NCBI GenBank assembly: GCA_964478165.1
Contig: CAYZGU010000007.1
Location: 33,290-97,289 of the forward strand
Source of the DNA: an uncultured bacterium
GTDB taxonomy: Bacteria > Poribacteria > WGA-4E > JAJDTR01
Direction of reading: 5' to 3'
Length of the DNA: 64,000 nt
How positions within the stretch are numbered: position 1 is the first letter of the stretch; each line of letters opens with the position of its first letter. A program made the translations under genes and the position numbers. The notes beneath the pieces were generated by a model that saw only the letters and a program-made list of their open reading frames with translations, was not told the DNA's origin and made no database searches. Below are positions 62,140-64,000 of this stretch, one piece after another.

Positions 62140-63213
62140 TCAGTTTTCGACTATCTGGCCTATGCGTAGCCAGGGTGTCGTGTTACTGTTCGCGGGCTCG
62201 ATATTCTCGCCTCCCAACGCGTAGACTTTGTCCTCCAGCAATGCAACACGAATGTCGTGCGTTGGTACAGGAAGTATGCTCGGCAAACGCGTCCAATTGT
62301 CAGAAAGTGTGTCATACACCAAAACAAAAGGAGAATAGTAGGACTCGTGCCCTTCGATTCGCCTGTATACTTTACTCATTTCGACAGAATATGACGAGAT
62401 GAGCGCAGCGCCGCCCAATACGATGATGAAGCGATTTTTGTATACAACACAATCCATTCCACCGAGGAGATAGGGCAGCGGGTTTTTGGAATCCCATTCT
62501 CGTGTTGCGGGGTCATAAACTAATACGTCTCCGAAAAATTTTCTGTCGTCGCCTTTCTTCGGCTTGGGCCAGAAAAAGTGTTTCCCTCCGATTAGATAAA
62601 TCTTTCCGTTTACAGCGGCTGCTGCCGACCAACCACGGGATTCGCCTGGAATCGAAGATACTATCTTCCACTCAGGACTTGATTTACTGGTATCTAGCAT
62701 TTCGACGGTGTTCAACGTCGGCCCATGAGTTCCTGCTGAGCCTCCCAGAACATAGATTTTCGCATCGATTGCAACACTGGGCGCCCATGCCTTCGCCTCG
62801 TTCATATCGGGCATCTGCGTCCAGACAAAAGTTTCGTCCATATTGGTTTCAAGACGGTAGCAGTGAGCATGCACCCGACGGGTGCGGCCACCAATGGCAT
62901 AGAATGCGCCCTGGCAGGTCGTCCCCTGAACGTAGGATTGGCCGATAGGGGCGTTCGGTCCTCGAAGCCACCAATCCTGTTTGGGATCGTAGATATACAT
63001 TGTTTCCATTTCGCCCCATGGTTGGCGCATCCCAAATACGCTAATTACCTTTCCGTCGAATACCGTCGCACAACCAGCCTTTCTGAATTCTGGCATGTTG
63101 GGACCAATAGTCCAGTGGATATCTCTGATTCCGCTATTGCTAGTATTGACTATGCTTATTATCAAAGCGAGTGTTTGCAAAGTCTGCCTCATCTGGACTA
63201 TCCTCCGGGTCAT
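62140..63213 (-). CDS. Kelch-repeat beta-propeller protein (secreted; NanM-like architecture possible)
   Basis: Repeated blade motifs (KVISVFG, GAFYAIGG, KIYVLGG, KIYLIGG, FIIVLGG, KVYALGG) with conserved W/Y spacing. Hydrophobic N-terminus MRQTLQTLALIISIV. The start may be ATG 63213 or the downstream Met. Confidence 0.7.
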   Translation of the reverse strand: MTRRIVQMRQTLQTLALIISIVNTSNSGIRDIHWTIGPNMPEFRKAGCATVFDGKVISVFGMRQPWGEMETMYIYDPKQDWWLRGPNAPIGQSYVQGTTCQGAFYAIGGRTRRVHAHCYRLETNMDETFVWTQMPDMNEAKAWAPSVAIDAKIYVLGGSAGTHGPTLNTVEMLDTSKSSPEWKIVSSIPGESRGWSAAAAVNGKIYLIGGKHFFWPKPKKGDDRKFFGDVLVYDPATREWDSKNPLPYLLGGMDCVVYKNRFIIVLGGAALISSYSVEMSKVYRRIEGHESYYSPFVLVYDTLSDNWTRLPSILPVPTHDIRVALLEDKVYALGGENIEPANSNTTPWLRIGQIVEN

Positions 63214-64000
63214 TCGACAATGATGTGCCCGATTCGGAACCAGGGTGTGGTGTTGCTGGTTGCACGTTCAATGTTCTCGCCCCCTAGGGCGTAGAGTTTC
63301 TTGTCAAGTAATACAATGCGAATGTCGTTCGTCGGGACGGGAAGTAGGCTTGGTAGCCGTTTCCAATGGTCAGTCTCGGTATCATACACGAGAACAAAAG
63401 GGCAGTAGTAATACTCGTGTCCCCTGACGTTTCGATGGAGTGTCTTCAGCTCTTCAGAATACGAGGAGACCAGAGCAGCCCCTCCAACCACGATGATGTA
63501 CCGATCTTCATACGCGACACAATCCATTCCGGCGAGTGGGTAGGGCAGCGGAGTTTTATTAGTCCAATTCCCCGTTTCCGTGTTGTAGACAAGGACCTCG
63601 CTAAGACGTTTTCTATCATTGCTTCTTTTGGGTTTAAGGGAAGAAAAATGGTTCCCACCGATTAGATAAATCTTTCCATTAACGGCGGCCGCTCCCGACC
63701 AGCCGCGCGATTTTCCGGGAATTGTGGATAGGATTTTCCACTGCGGACGTGAATCACTAGTATCCATCATCTCGACATCATTTGAGGTTGGTCCATGGCC
63801 TCCGACTGAACCTCCTAGTACATAGACTTTCGAACCAATAGTAACACTGGGTGCCCATGCTTTTGCTTGGTTTAGATGGGGCATTTGTGTCCATTGGTAA
63901 TTCTCATTCCCTTTGTCTTCAAGGCGGTAGCAGTGATCGCGTACGCCGCGCATACGACCACCAATAGCATAGAACGCGCCCTGGCAAACCGTGCCCTGGA
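63210..64000 (-). CDS. Kelch-repeat beta-propeller protein, tandem paralogue (5' end outside the window)
   Basis: The frame stays open to the window edge. Sequence beyond the ORF-track Met still aligns with the neighbour (GAFYAIGG-encoding segment). About 70 percent aa identity to 62140-63213 by eye. Its stop overlaps the neighbour's ATG (ATGA). Confidence 0.7.
   Translation of the reverse strand, partial: QGTVCQGAFYAIGGRMRGVRDHCYRLEDKGNENYQWTQMPHLNQAKAWAPSVTIGSKVYVLGGSVGGHGPTSNDVEMMDTSDSRPQWKILSTIPGKSRGWSGAAAVNGKIYLIGGNHFSSLKPKRSNDRKRLSEVLVYNTETGNWTNKTPLPYPLAGMDCVAYEDRYIIVVGGAALVSSYSEELKTLHRNVRGHEYYYCPFVLVYDTETDHWKRLPSLLPVPTNDIRIVLLDKKLYALGGENIERATSNTTPWFRIGHIIVE

Noticed and set aside
62502-63294. 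Plus-strand ORFs of 143-148 aa.
   Set aside because: They are antisense to the Kelch genes. Their Arg/Ser-rich composition is typical of shadows.
1-64000. Searched by eye for CRISPR-like regularly spaced direct repeats, IS terminal inverted repeats, integrase/transposase/reverse-transcriptase ORFs, and toxin-antitoxin pairs.
   Set aside because: None found. The only repeats are isolated hairpins and the tandem Kelch gene duplication.

Overview
Bacterial chromosomal segment with one tRNA and no rRNA, CRISPR array, transposase, integrase or phage gene that I can recognise. It mixes a housekeeping backbone with accessory catabolic genes.

Housekeeping genes, left to right:
- a MacB/Lol-type ABC permease and ATPase pair
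- tRNA-Pro(GGG) with a near-consensus promoter
- hom-lysC
- yceD-rpmF-fabH-fabD-fabG-acpP-fabF
- folK, overlapped by an XPB/Ssl2-type helicase
- an RNase G/E-family ribonuclease
- rplU-rpmA, a terminator, then obg-proB-proA
- nadC
- an SLC13/TrkA-C transporter
- an M32 carboxypeptidase
- a nucleoside hydrolase

Accessory genes:
- five PhyH-type Fe(II)/2-oxoglutarate dioxygenase paralogues
- three Gfo/Idh/MocA oxidoreductases
- an ATP-grasp ligase
- a GC-rich beta-propeller hydrolase-like gene
- an adjacent histidine kinase and receiver-PglZ (PorX-like) regulator pair
- tandem Kelch-repeat paralogues at the right edge

The best candidate for an undescribed system is a seven-gene minus-strand cluster at 52795-61185. 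In transcription order it encodes an enolase-superfamily dehydratase, a PHP-fold metallohydrolase, P-loop protein B, a PhyH dioxygenase, P-loop protein A, a leaderless Cys-type sulfatase and a PIG-L deacetylase. The two P-loop proteins are paralogues of a family I cannot assign.

By my own calls only about three quarters of the window is coding, with about eleven ORF-poor gaps of 0.5-2 kb. The gene content (many PhyH proteins, a sulfatase, Kelch repeats) suggests an uncultivated marine or host-associated heterotroph, but phylum cannot be decided from this window. All product calls come from motif recognition by eye. No searches were run.
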